A DNA stretch of 63,337 nt, the filler included, from Bigelowiella natans CCMP2755 (taxonomy: Eukaryota; Protista; Cercozoa), in assembly GCA_000320545.1 (NCBI GenBank). It is 6 parts of 6 records of this genome, joined end to end, with 100 filler letters (N's around TTAATTAATTAA, not from the genome) between each part and the next. Parts side by side here need not be neighbours in the genome. Positions count along the whole stretch, not along the records: positions 1 to 29,749 come from ADNK01002831.1; 5 more parts are not named here. One strand, 5' to 3'. A model generated the notes under the pieces. It worked only from the letters and a program-made list of their open reading frames with translations. It did no database searches and was not told where the DNA came from. The translations under genes and the position numbers were made by a program. Below, in pieces: positions 1 to 11,824 of this stretch (positions are counted from its first letter, which is position 1; every line of letters begins with the position of its first letter).

Positions 1-940
1 TAAAATTACTAAAAAAAAAAAAAAGCATCTTTTTCTCACCCAGACCGGCGGGGGGGCCCCTGCAAGCTCAGCGACTTCATCTTCGTCATCATAGCCTCTC
101 TGCGAAAGGTGAGTCCTCCTGGCCTTCTTTTATTTTTTAATAGCCACCATCTACTCCTCCTCCTCCTCCTCCTCCTCCTCCTCCTCCTCGAGGTGGCGAA
201 GGCAGGCCGCCGGCGAAGGCAACGGGATCCACATTTTCAAGCAAAGCACGCCTGCCTTGGAGGAAACCCCTCTTGTCGACCAGCAATGACGACGACGACG
301 ATGACGATGATATAGCAGCAGCAGCACTAGCAGTCTCGTTGGAAGAAGAAGAGGGGTCGTTACTACTACTACTACTACTACTTCTACTACTACCCCACAT
401 ACTACCCTCTCCTGCCTGCTGCCTCTTGTTGTCTAGGGCGCTGTGGAGCAGTCTCAGATCAGCATTGATCAAGTGGCTGCTGCGATGATTCCCCCAGCTC
501 TCGACGACGCTGCGCGCAAGGCCCAGAAGCAAATGGTGATGACGGCGGCGGCGCTGCTCTCTCTCACGCAATGAACTCTTGCTATCCGCGCCGAACCCCA
601 CCTTGATGGATGACGGAGGTGCCTCCTGTTGATGGCATAGCATGGAGAATCGACGACAGATGCGGAGCGCAGCCTCCCTTCGTTCGATGAGGTCAGGGGG
701 GGGCGACCAGTCGGTGGGCTTAGCCTTGCTATCCGGTACCCCGAGCAAAGAACGTAATAAGGGGCGAGGACGCGGAGCTGGGAGCATCCAGAGAGTATCC
801 TGTGTTATTGTTTGTGGAGGGAGGAAGGAGAAGAGGATGACCAGGGGTTCTGGTGGTGACAAATGGCTAGGAAACCACGACGCACATACGATCCCTTGTT
901 TTCTGCAAAAGGACTCGACGATCAAGAATGCTGCGATTGT

Positions 941-983
<43 letters not shown>

Positions 984-1568
984 GTGTTCCACAGAACGCC
1001 ACCCCATACAAACTTGTCTGCTTCCGATCCCACGCTGCCGTTGTTGCCAATTCCACCCGAAGAAGGCGTCCTTCCCTTCTTGCCCTCCGCTCCTTTACAA
1101 CATCAAACAAAATACAACAAAATCATTAACGACAATCTCATTTATGTTGGCTGGGAGAACCGCAGCCCTCCCCTCCCCCCTTCCCTTAACCATTTCGTCA
1201 CTTCCAACAACACTCTTTACTACTGCTACTGCTGCTGCCTCTTTCCCCTCGTTACTACAAGTTCTTTCTTCTGTTACTTGCTGTGTTGCTTTTGTCGTGT
1301 TTGCTAGAAGCTGTTGGTCCGCCTGCAATTGTTGTTGTTGTTCTTGCCGCTGTAGAGGAAGAGGGGTAGAAGCGTGCTGCCAAGAGCAGCTGGTCATGGT
1401 GATCTATGGCCGGTAGCACTGACTTTGCTTTGAGCACTGCGTGTGCGTCGTCATTGGGGGTGTAGTTGAGGGAGGGCAGTGCGCCTGATACGAGATGGAA
1501 CCCTCCGTCCAGGGAGAACGACGACATGACGCCCTGTAAGTATGTTTGTAGTAGACCATGGAAATAAT

Positions 1569-1605
<37 letters not shown>

Positions 1606-1748
1606 TCAATTATAATGGGGAAAGGAAAGGGAGCAAATGCAATGACGAGGAAGCGATAAAAACAGCTAACGAGATGAGCTTCAAATGCTCATCTCTCGCA
1701 GGCATGCACCATCTGCTAATTGTTTCTACACATTACACACACACACAT

Positions 1749-1792
<44 letters not shown>

Positions 1793-4700
1793 CTGCTTTC
1801 ATTCATCCATATATCAGTTGCATCATCATCATCATCATTATCATCATCAACAACAGCACGTGGTGACGAAAAGTACAGGCTCTATTACCGTAAGCGCAGG
1901 CAGATATGCTTCTTCTTCTTCTTCTTCGTCTTCCTCTTTTTGTTCGTCAGGTATATAGAGCTCATCTCCCACATCCCCCTTCCTGCCATCACCGTCTGGG
2001 TACCTTGCAACTACCCGGCCCTCGTTGGCTTTCGCTGATGCTGCAGCTGTTTTTAGTCTTCGCCGCCGCCTCATCATCGTCGTCGTCATCATGGAGCTGC
2101 GCGCTGCAGGATCTGGCGTGGTTCCGGCAGCAAACACACACTCGTCTCCCACGACACAGTACTCTATTCGACCCGACTCTGCCCTTTTGAGGCCGCTGCG
2201 AGACCGTTCCATCCCAAAGCGCGCACAGTGTAGGAGCCGACCCGATGAGGATGGCGATGATGATATCACCATCGACGATGTGAGGACGCTGCTGCTTTTT
2301 GCAGGTGGTTTAGCGAGAATCTTGCTTGAAATGCTGGGTGTTGGTACTCCTCCTGTGTCGTTGCTACTGCTGCTACTGCTGCTGCTGCTACCACTGCCAC
2401 TGTTGTTGTAGTGGCCATCATCAAAATTTTCCTCGCCATCAGGACGGAGAATATTGATACCCCCCGCATTATCGATCGCAATGAACCCTCCTCCTCCTCC
2501 TCCTCCTCCTCCTCCTCCTTTGCTGCCCCCCCCCCCAATTCTCCATGTCGGCTGCTGGAAAGCCATCACCTTACTGTAGGTGGGCGCGTTGTCAACACCG
2601 AATGCTCGTGACGCCGAGGAATATGGATTTGCGGCAGGTACACGCGACAAGTGCCGGTGCCGTACAGACCAGTAGAAGGTGAACGACGGGGAAGCAACAG
2701 AAGACGACGACTGTTTCTTGGCATCGTCTCTTCTGTTGTTCGTTAATGGATCGTCGGGTATTGAGTCAGTGCCTCTGCTGCTGCTACTGCTGCTGGTGGT
2801 GGTGCTGGTGGTGCTGCTGCTCACGACGGAAAGCGATGACAGCACGACGCCGCCAGGCCCAGGACAGATGCTTAGCTCTCCTTGTGGAACATTGGCTTGG
2901 AATTCTTCGGCATGGTCGCTGAATATCACGGAAACCACCTGCTGCTCCTGCTGCTAAGGAAAGGAGAGAAAGAGGTGGGGGGGGTTATGATATATTAAAT
3001 GATTGATGGTGACTTTTCTAGTATGATTCATATATTAAGACGACGCAATGGTGGAAGGAAGACATGCAGATAGTGTTACGAAAAGCTATTAGTACTGTTT
3101 ACTCCTTACTGCTGCTCACAATCAACATCCATACTACCACACCACAAATCCATCACACACTTTAACTACTACTTGCGATGTTTTGGGTGGAGCAGCGGGA
3201 GCATGGGTTTTGAGGATTGATGCCAGGTCGCAGCAGAGGACACGTCTCCCAAACATTCGTTTAGTGCTATCTCCGCACGGTGCTTTGGAGGATGAGGAAG
3301 ACGATGATGTGGCGAACGGATTGTCCTCCTCGCTGACTCGGCCGCTTCCTTTGGTGCTGGCTCGTGCAGCATCATGATGCTTATCTTCTGGAGATGGCGG
3401 AAAGGGATTTACATCAACCCAGAATAACTTTTCGCTTGTGAATGCGGAAGGCCCCCACACAGCCGAATTTACCACAGGTCTTGGGATTGAGGACGGGGTG
3501 GCGTTGGATGGGGACGATGACGATGATGGTGCTGCAGGCTAAGTAACGGGTAGGTGAGGAGGAAGAATGACGGAAATATCATGGGAAGACTGTGAGTCTC
3601 TTTCTTTCGCCCCCCGTCCCCCATCTCTCCTTCTCCCTCTCTGGGTGCGTGTGTGTGTGTGTGTGTGTGTTTGGACGTTGCAATCAATAACAGGCATCTT
3701 AGCACCGTGGTTGCGGATGGAAAGCTTGAGCTCAGCAGCCCCCCGAACATTGACGATAGCGATGATGATTCTACCGTTGCTGCCGGTTTACTTTGTTGTC
3801 CTCCCCTTCCTTTCTCCGACTCCGCCACAGCTACTAAATCACGCGCTCCCACGATGGGCAGCTGAGCGACTTGGATGAACATCCATTGATGGACCTGTTG
3901 TTGCGAAATGAAAGGCTGTGTGTGAGAGAAAGTGCGACAGTGAGGCGGAAATATTTATTCCTACCTTGGCGTTCCAGCGCCAAAGCATAAATTTTCCAGT
4001 TACGTGGACCAAAAGCAGCAATAAAACCGGTTCTTCGGATCTTCCCCGTGCTTTTCCGCCTTCACTTTGGCTCCGCTTAGCAGAGGGGGGGATATCTTCG
4101 GAGGTGCATATCTTCGGTAATGCATGTTCAAATGTAAGTGACAGGCCTGCTCCAGCTGGGTGTTGTCTCGACTTAGTGTGGGGCTGCTGGGAGGATTTTG
4201 AAGGCGTGTGCCAGAATAGGTGCACACCTGCAACCGCCGCATCCGTTCGTAAGGCCAGCACACTCGGAAAGTACTCGTTCTGACCCTGAATATTATGAGG
4301 AGAATCAGTGCATATTAGTTGCCTTGAAAATAGTACGCGCATCATATGAGAGCAGCCGCCTGTATCATCTATCTTGTGTTGTTGTAGCATTACAAGCCAC
4401 ACGAAGTTGTCTAGGTTTCTTTGTGCTTCCGGAGAGAGCTGCTTCTTTGGGGGCACTTCGTCGAACACACATAATAACCGATTCCGTAATACTACGGCAA
4501 TGTGTCCCTCCGTGGCATCGACGTGCCTGTTACGCAATTGCGAGGAAGGGAGAGACAGAGAGAGAAAGGGGGGGGTGGGAGGGAGAGGAGAGCAATAAAT
4601 TGATATAGCAATGCTTTTGAGCCGTATCCAATTGTCAAATTGCAGAAGCAGAAGTGACCCAGCATATTTATCCTTGCATTTTCAGAATTAAGTAATATCG

Positions 4701-4810
4701 TACGTTATTCCGAGGTGTGGGCGATCTGCATTATTCCCGCTCTGGGACACAGGTTCTTGTAACGCTGAAATGCCGCGATAATTCGACTGATTTGAGAGGA
4801 AGGAGAGCAT
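1..4810 (-). CDS. Multi-exon hypothetical protein with poly-Ser/Gly tracts; 3' end runs off the window
   Basis: Consecutive minus-strand ORF blocks (3839-4537, 3134-3475, 1847-2938, 1255-1527, 137-1033) have protein-like composition and are separated by microsatellite-containing introns. Candidate ATG at 4810. No family recognised. Confidence 0.5.
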
Positions 4811-6773
4811 ATCAATCATTTCCCAATTACCACGATTATATTTGAGGTACTCTCCCAATCTTAAAAAGCTAGATTAACCCCACTTAAATGTCTAGACCGT
4901 AGGTCACGTCATTCAGAAGCACGAGCCCGCAGGTCGCCCATCAGCAGGAAAAGGTCGATGAGAATTGTTTACGAATCTCGCGGAGTGTTTATCTTAAAAT
5001 AACATTTGTTTAAATAACCATAGTCTCCTCATTCACAGGGATTGGCCCGAAGGAGGGAGGCACATGCCCCGGGTCGGTGGCGGCCATCCGCCTGCCTCTT
5101 CCTTCTCCCGGTGTTCTGTTCTCTGTTGGGGTTCCCCTATTCTCTACAGTTGTTGTCGCAGATGTGGAATACAGGCGATTTCTAACGATTTCCAATACGA
5201 TTCCGACGATTTCCGACGATTTCAGGATTTCTTGGAGACGATGGACGGCCGGGCCGGCGAACGGCTGCGCGGTGCGGGCTGACTGTGCACACTTCGCTTC
5301 ACTCGGAAGAAACAAAGCCCTCGCGGAGATATTTGCTAGAGGTGAGACTGCAGAATTGTTTGTCCCAGGTGGCACTTGCGCATGCAGTTGCTGCGTTGTG
5401 TCATCGTGTTCGCGTTCACGTTCGGAAGTGATGACGACCGGACGCCGGACGCAATGCAAGCAGCACCGCTTCCTGAAAAACGTGTTTCAGATGATGCCAC
5501 GGCATTCACAGCACGTATGTTGGCGTAGAGCCACCATGTTCTCACGATCAGTGCAAAACGGTCTTCTCAATGACTGCCTGAGCTAGTGAGGCACTGCCCT
5601 TCCAAAATCAAATCAAAACCTCCAAAGACGAGAATCATGCTTGGACATCGACTGAACAACTTTGTTTCCGATCCGTGTGCTTTTGTTCAGCGTTCACAGA
5701 TTTGCGGGTTCAATGACACCATTCTTTGTGGTGCATGCATGGCAACGGTTCTTTTCTTTTTCTTCGCGTCCTTTCACCACACGGAAGAAACTTGCCAGCT
5801 TGGGCTTGACCTGCTGCGGCGCCTCACAACGATTCTGCAGTCATTTGGATCGGTAACAAAGATCTAGAAACACCACCTGCACCACATGCCACCATGTACT
5901 TGCGGGACCCTTCTCATTCTCTGCCCTGGTGCCGTTGGCCCCTCCTTTGACGCGCTCAGCATGCAGATTTGCATGGTCGCACTTTGCATATTTGCATGCA
6001 CCTGATGTCATTCAAAGCCCTCGTTCTGACTTCTGATGAGTCTCGAGTTTCCACCATTGAAATCATTCGATTTGCAGGCCATTGAACGCCTGATCAAACA
6101 GCAGACAGGACAGCGTTGCTTGCGCAGCACCACACAGCCAGCGAAAGCAAGCGCCGCCTGACTCTCTGTTCGATCGCGCACTGAAGAATCTCATCAGCAG
6201 AGCAAGGCATCAGCACATCAGACATGAATCGAAAACAATCAGCTACTCGTACGTTGTTTAGATGAAAGGAACGACCATTCTTGTGCACGACATTCAACCA
6301 GGTGGTGCAGCACGCGTGAGCATGCTCACCTCAGATCGTCGCATCGCACGTTTGGTGTAGTGTGTCTTTCGATTCATGCAAGCCAGGGCGAGCTTCATTT
6401 GTTTCAAGATGATAATGAAGAAAGCGCAGCGATGATAGCGAAATCGGGCTAGCAGGTCAGAACATTGCTCAACTCAAATGGACAAACGATCGGCAATTTT
6501 GCAAGCGTTGAAAAGTATTTTTCATTTAGCAACGTCTTGAAGCAGCATACATTTAAGCGTGCTGCTCATTAGTTTTCGATCCCCAATGTGGTTAAATTTG
6601 TACACCACTGGTTCGTTCGCGCCTTACAGTCTTCACGCATGAACGTACGTGGCCTACTTTGCTCGGGAGCTTCTGGGCAAATGTGACTAATGCGTGTGAT
6701 CGAAATCTCCAATACATCAAGCGAACAAATCTACCACTTTTCATTGATCATTAGAACACGGAATGTTTCATCT

Positions 6774-9022
6774 TCACCTGTCGATGGTAACGGATTTTTT
6801 GTAGATGAGCAGGTCACCTAGGCTGTTTCTCACCACCCTGGAATCCTCATCAACGTAAACGGTATCGGACCAACCAGCGCCTTGAACGGGAAGCGGAACT
6901 TGGAAGCCGCCAATTACAGCGTTGAAATTGTCAAACTTAAAGAAAATTCGGTTTTCACCCTGGATCTGTTGTAAAAGTTATGGTATATTCGTCCGAGTGT
7001 GACTGTCAAAAAGAACTGTACATTGCGATTGCATATCTATGCCCAATCACTAATCACCACCTTTAAGGAAGCTTGCGCTTGCAGGCGTAATGGCCCATCG
7101 TCCTCCTCTTGTCCTAATAGTCGTAAAGGATTATTGATGCATAAAATGATTAAACAACATTACTAGCCATGCTTGGTAAAAAATATGCATATCCAAGGAA
7201 ATATAGTATCATCAAAATAGCTATTGCCATCCACGCACCAATTTGGTTTGTAACGATTCCTGCCTCTAGATCAATTTCCTACCAGAATAAGAAATGCTTT
7301 CTTGAGATATGCTCAATTGTGTGTGGACGAATGGTTGGAAATGCAAACAAACATCTTCACATCTTGGAGGAAGTACTTGTGATATGCCAGCCTTTGGAGC
7401 CAGACGACGCACATTTCGCACTAAACCCTCCGTGCTATCAATAATGGATTGAATTATAAAGCATATTGCATGTATGATACATCACTCTCCTCACGGTTTT
7501 TCTCTCTTTCTCCCTCTTTCTCTCTCCCCCTCGCTCTCTTGTGCGCGTCGCTGCGGCGTGGTATGAGTTTGCCGCAAGGTAGACTAGCAACACAAAGACT
7601 CACCTGTACTGCAGGATCCACTTGCCGTCAATCGCTCCATCTGTTGGTGAATCTACTGGGTTGTAGCCTTCCAGTTCGGCTGCAGCAGTGTCGATTTCAG
7701 CATCCGATGCGCTGCTATCGATTAACCCGAAGAGTCGCTCTTTGGCCTCTCTACGGAGGATGGCGGCGGTCATTTTCCCACTCCGAGGTTCATCATCATT
7801 ACCCAGATTTCTCGGTATCCGAGTTGCCAAGTATCCCGCTGATCCAATACCTAAGACCTATAATAATCCAAAACATTAAGGAAGATATAGAGATGAAATG
7901 ATCTGGTACTCATGTGGGTATGTTTCACCGGGAGCGCTAAGCTAATAGGCGACGGATTTTCGCTCGATTCCGTCGGGGAATTAAGGGAATCGTAGTCAGG
8001 AATAGGTCCAATATCTGCTTGCAAGGACTCCTTTTCTAGCTGTGGCTCTTCCGCAACGATTCTTTCTTCAGAGGTGCCGAAATCCAATGGCGATGACTCA
8101 GCAGTAGCCCCGGGAACCTTTAGCGTATCATCGTTTCCGCTTTCGTACTTTTCCTCTTGCATTTCTGGCTGTTTGATTTCCTTCGAAGGATTCTCCATTG
8201 GTTCATTTTCGCTGTTTGAACTCTCAAGCGAATCCTCGTTACCGGATGGTGGGAGCCCCGAAGTGTCCAGATCGCTGAACGGAAAGCAAAACCGTTTGCC
8301 TGCATGTGCAGCAGCCGCAGTTGGAGGAGAAGAAATCAATGACAGGATACCGACGAAGACCCTTAAAAAGCATCAACGAAGAAGCTATTGATAATGTTCT
8401 TCCAACCACTCGTATCTCGATTATAATTTAAAAACAAAATAGCATCAACTACAAACCCGCTTCCGAGAAGTCGTATCTCTCAAAGTCACACTGCGGAATT
8501 TCGGTAGCAATGGCTGCTGGTGTAGTGATTCCGACGGTGGCTGCCATGTATGCACTTATGGAAATCGCCATCATGGCCTAGAACAAATACATTGGATCAA
8601 CGGACACAAACATTACCTGCAAACTTACAGATGTTCGTTCTTTCGATAAGATTAAACAGAAACGAAAAACTGAGCAAAGATATGTGGTATATCACGAGAG
8701 AACTTACATCACTTAAGCGCCTCAAAAATTTTCCTTTGTCGCCATTCGCTTCCGATCTACGCATGTGCTTCTCGACGAAAACATCATCGGGTCGAATCCG
8801 GCCAACTCTAGCCTTTGGTTGCAAACCCCACCTCGGTTTCACCACATTGACGTAGGTAGGTCGAGTGAGATGCTTTGAGATGGCATTGGTTGATCGTGGA
8901 TTGGCAGAAAGGAGAAGAAGGGGAGCGAGAAAAAGAATTTGGACGACCAGTCCTGGAGAGCCATCCATTTTTTCCGAAAATATGATGCCGGAGGTTGATC
9001 TCTTGCTTTCCCTCGACGACAT
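6774..9022 (-). CDS. Plastid lipid-associated protein (PAP/fibrillin family) with N-terminal targeting presequence; multi-exon
   Basis: Exons read AKERLFGLID...IDTAAAELEGYNPVDSPTDGAIDGKWILQY and RIFFKFDNFNAVIGGFQVPLPVQGAGWSDTVYVDEDSRVVRNSLGDLLIYKK, typical of fibrillins. The N-terminal hydrophobic segment VVQILFLAPLLLLSA is followed by a basic transit-like region. Confidence 0.85.
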
Positions 9023-9933
9023 TTCCCGCCAAAACATATTAAGTTTTTATTCTGCGACAAGTCAACGTCTTTGTCGTATTCATCTCACCCTCAATGAAAT
9101 ATCTGTTTCCTTTGTTCACAAATACCGGTATATTCTTGTTTTTGGATGTGTTGTTTTTGTTGCTTTGTGTGATTAACTCCAAGTATGTTTTCGTTGAGAG
9201 TATTTCGGTTGACGTTCTCTCATGGAAGTCTCAAAAAATGCCAAATATTAAGGTTGTGACACTCATTCTAGGTTGTCGCAATGTAAATACTTGCTTCAAA
9301 ACTAGATTTCACAGGTGTCAACAAACTGGTTGAAGCGAGAGTAATTTTAAACAGAGACAACAAACTCAGTCCAGATTTAGCAGGCATATTGAGAAATGAA
9401 ATGCATAGCTTTTAAAGACAAAATCATTTCCATAATTTGGTTTTTGGACAGAATTGGGAATGCCTTTTCTATGCTTTTTGAACACAAATACTCTACAGAG
9501 GAAATAAAATCAGGTTTAAATTATATAATTTTGCAGAGATACGGGTTAGTACCGGACAAAGTTCACGCATTTCCATGCTTCCTCGGCGAAGGAAATTTCT
9601 CGTAAAGGTAGTAACTTAAGTTTTCTGAAAAGGAAACATCCGCTAATCTTTTGATAATTGACACATAAATTAAGCTGAAGACAATCATAAAAAAGCAAAA
9701 TTGGATAGAAAGAAACCATGATTTCAGTACAAAGAAATGTGGGTTAAATCACTCTATTTAATATGATATCTATGACTTGAGACATGCATATTTTAAGGCA
9801 TTTGTCACGAAATTGGTTTCCACATACACCTAAAGCCTACTCCAAAAGCATCTTTTTTTAATGCTGAGTTCGTGCTCTGAAAAATAGTCACTAGCTGCCC
9901 ATAAACCAAACCTTCTCCCAGCCTCTTTCCCGC

Positions 9934-11223
9934 ATGAACAAAATGAGGTCCGCCAAGACGAATGAGACCGTTTTCAATCTACAGAACAACAATCTAAATG
10001 ATTTTGGTTTTAGGAGTCAAGTTCCTAACTTGTCACCTCTTCCTCCCCTTGGTGATGATGGGGAGAATTGCCGCGAAGTTTTCTTCTCAGGAGAAGAGGG
10101 TAATCAACCCTCCTTTGAGGGAAATTGGTTTTGTAATGGGGAAAATGAACGTATGTTTCTGCCAACAGCGGGTGGTGCTGATGGAGAAGTTGCACCGGAT
10201 GGGGTGCTTGGAAGCAACATTTTCCCTTCTACAATGCGGTATGAAAACACCGAAAAAAACCAGCTTGAACATCCTTTGGATGGAAATTTCTTGTTAGATG
10301 GACAACCACTTTTGCCTATCTTGCCAGAAAAGGATGATTATGAATCAGATGATTGTCTATTTGGTCTGGAAGAGAGGACACCTATCCATGAGGTTGTTGA
10401 GCAAATTACTGCATCACCCCCGCCGAATATCTCAAAGGAAGGTAAGTTTGACCTAGAGATGGAGAAACCTGAGTCCCTTCTCACATTAGACCCATTCTTA
10501 GGATTGGATATCAATAATGGACCTGAAACGCCAAGTTCGGACGATTTTTTGAGTTTAGGATTGGATATCAAAAACAGACCTGAGACACTAAGTTCAGATG
10601 ATTTCCTAAGCCTGGGAATGGATATAAAAAAAGAGCCTGAAACGCCGAGTTTGGATGATCTTATGAACATTAACTCAGAAACATTGCCACAGATATCCAG
10701 ATCTCTTTCCAAACCTCTTAAATGCCAACCGAGAAAGCAAACAGCCGTAAAGATTCGCAAAAAAGCTTGCTCAATGTGCAGGTCTTCAAAAACGAAATGT
10801 GAAGGGCCCCGACCTTGCCGACGCTGCGTCAAGTTAGGTCGTCCAGAGATGTGTACCCCCCAGATCACTTTGCCTACTGAAATGAATGAGAGCAAGAAAC
10901 GCGCTCTTGTTACGAGGAAGAGGCAGAGGGAGACAGAGATGCATACACTGGAATACGACCCCTATGTGTGTTTCGCTGCGGGATTAGTTTACAAGAACAA
11001 CATAGACTTAATGAATGCAGATGGATTCTCCGTTCAGATTAACCTCAAATCCAGCCGAAAACGTTTGAAAGATGAGGAATCCCTCTACAAGGGTCAGCAA
11101 TGCTACCGCAATTCATGGTGCGTGCGACAGTTCAGGCACTGTGGTCATTGCAAGCCATCACAGTCTCTACAAAATCCTAAGAAGAGGAAAATGACGAAAT
11201 CAAAAGAGTTCAGGAAACAATGA
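9934..11223 (+). CDS. Intronless Zn(II)2Cys6 binuclear-cluster transcription factor
   Basis: 429-aa ORF containing ACSMCRSSKTKCEGPRPCRRCVKLGRPEMC, an acidic N-terminus and basic NLS-like stretches. Confidence 0.85.
   Translation: MNKMRSAKTNETVFNLQNNNLNDFGFRSQVPNLSPLPPLGDDGENCREVFFSGEEGNQPSFEGNWFCNGENERMFLPTAGGADGEVAPDGVLGSNIFPSTMRYENTEKNQLEHPLDGNFLLDGQPLLPILPEKDDYESDDCLFGLEERTPIHEVVEQITASPPPNISKEGKFDLEMEKPESLLTLDPFLGLDINNGPETPSSDDFLSLGLDIKNRPETLSSDDFLSLGMDIKKEPETPSLDDLMNINSETLPQISRSLSKPLKCQPRKQTAVKIRKKACSMCRSSKTKCEGPRPCRRCVKLGRPEMCTPQITLPTEMNESKKRALVTRKRQRETEMHTLEYDPYVCFAAGLVYKNNIDLMNADGFSVQINLKSSRKRLKDEESLYKGQQCYRNSWCVRQFRHCGHCKPSQSLQNPKKRKMTKSKEFRKQ
10498..10662 (+). repeat. Three in-frame 57-bp (19-aa) tandem repeats
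   Basis: LGLDINNGPETPSSDDFLS / LGLDIKNRPETLSSDDFLS / LGMDIKKEPETPSLDDL, with units starting at 10498, 10555 and 10612. Confidence 0.9.
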
Positions 11224-11784
11224 GGATGCAAGGAAGCTAACTTAATGGCTAGGAGAAGTTAAGACGATTCAAAGAATTAAAAAAATGATAGTGAAAAAAG
11301 GGAAAAGTAATTAGGCATGGATCAGGCAACTTGTACATGGATACAAGGATGATAAATTGCATAAGTACGTATAGAAATTAGAAAGTTGAAAAAAAAATAT
11401 TAGCTGGGTTATGTTCTTGGTTGCAGATAGCTAGAATCTTCTAGTTAAGATTACACTAAGGCCCACTGAGATCTAAAATGTTACTCGTAGTGTGAACTGA
11501 AGCACATTGTAAGAAATGTGCTACAAGTTTTTGATCGTATATAACAAATTTTAACTACATTCATTTGAGGAATTTTTCATTGCGCTACATGTGCTGTGTG
11601 ATAGACTTGTATGCTCCACCACATGCTCTCACACATCGCATGTCCACAGCGAACACATGCTAGCATGTACATGTATCGTACGTCTCTGTGCGCTCGCATC
11701 GCACTGCTTGGTTGATCGCTCTAGCACACATTGGGTCGCTAGACAGCTAGACCAATAGCAGCTGTCTAGCTGGACTACATGCGT

Positions 11785-11824
<40 letters not shown>

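Noticed and set aside
5570-5640. Kelch-like peptide MILVFGGFD on the minus strand
   Set aside because: It is bounded by stops within about 40 codons and has no further repeats; probably chance.
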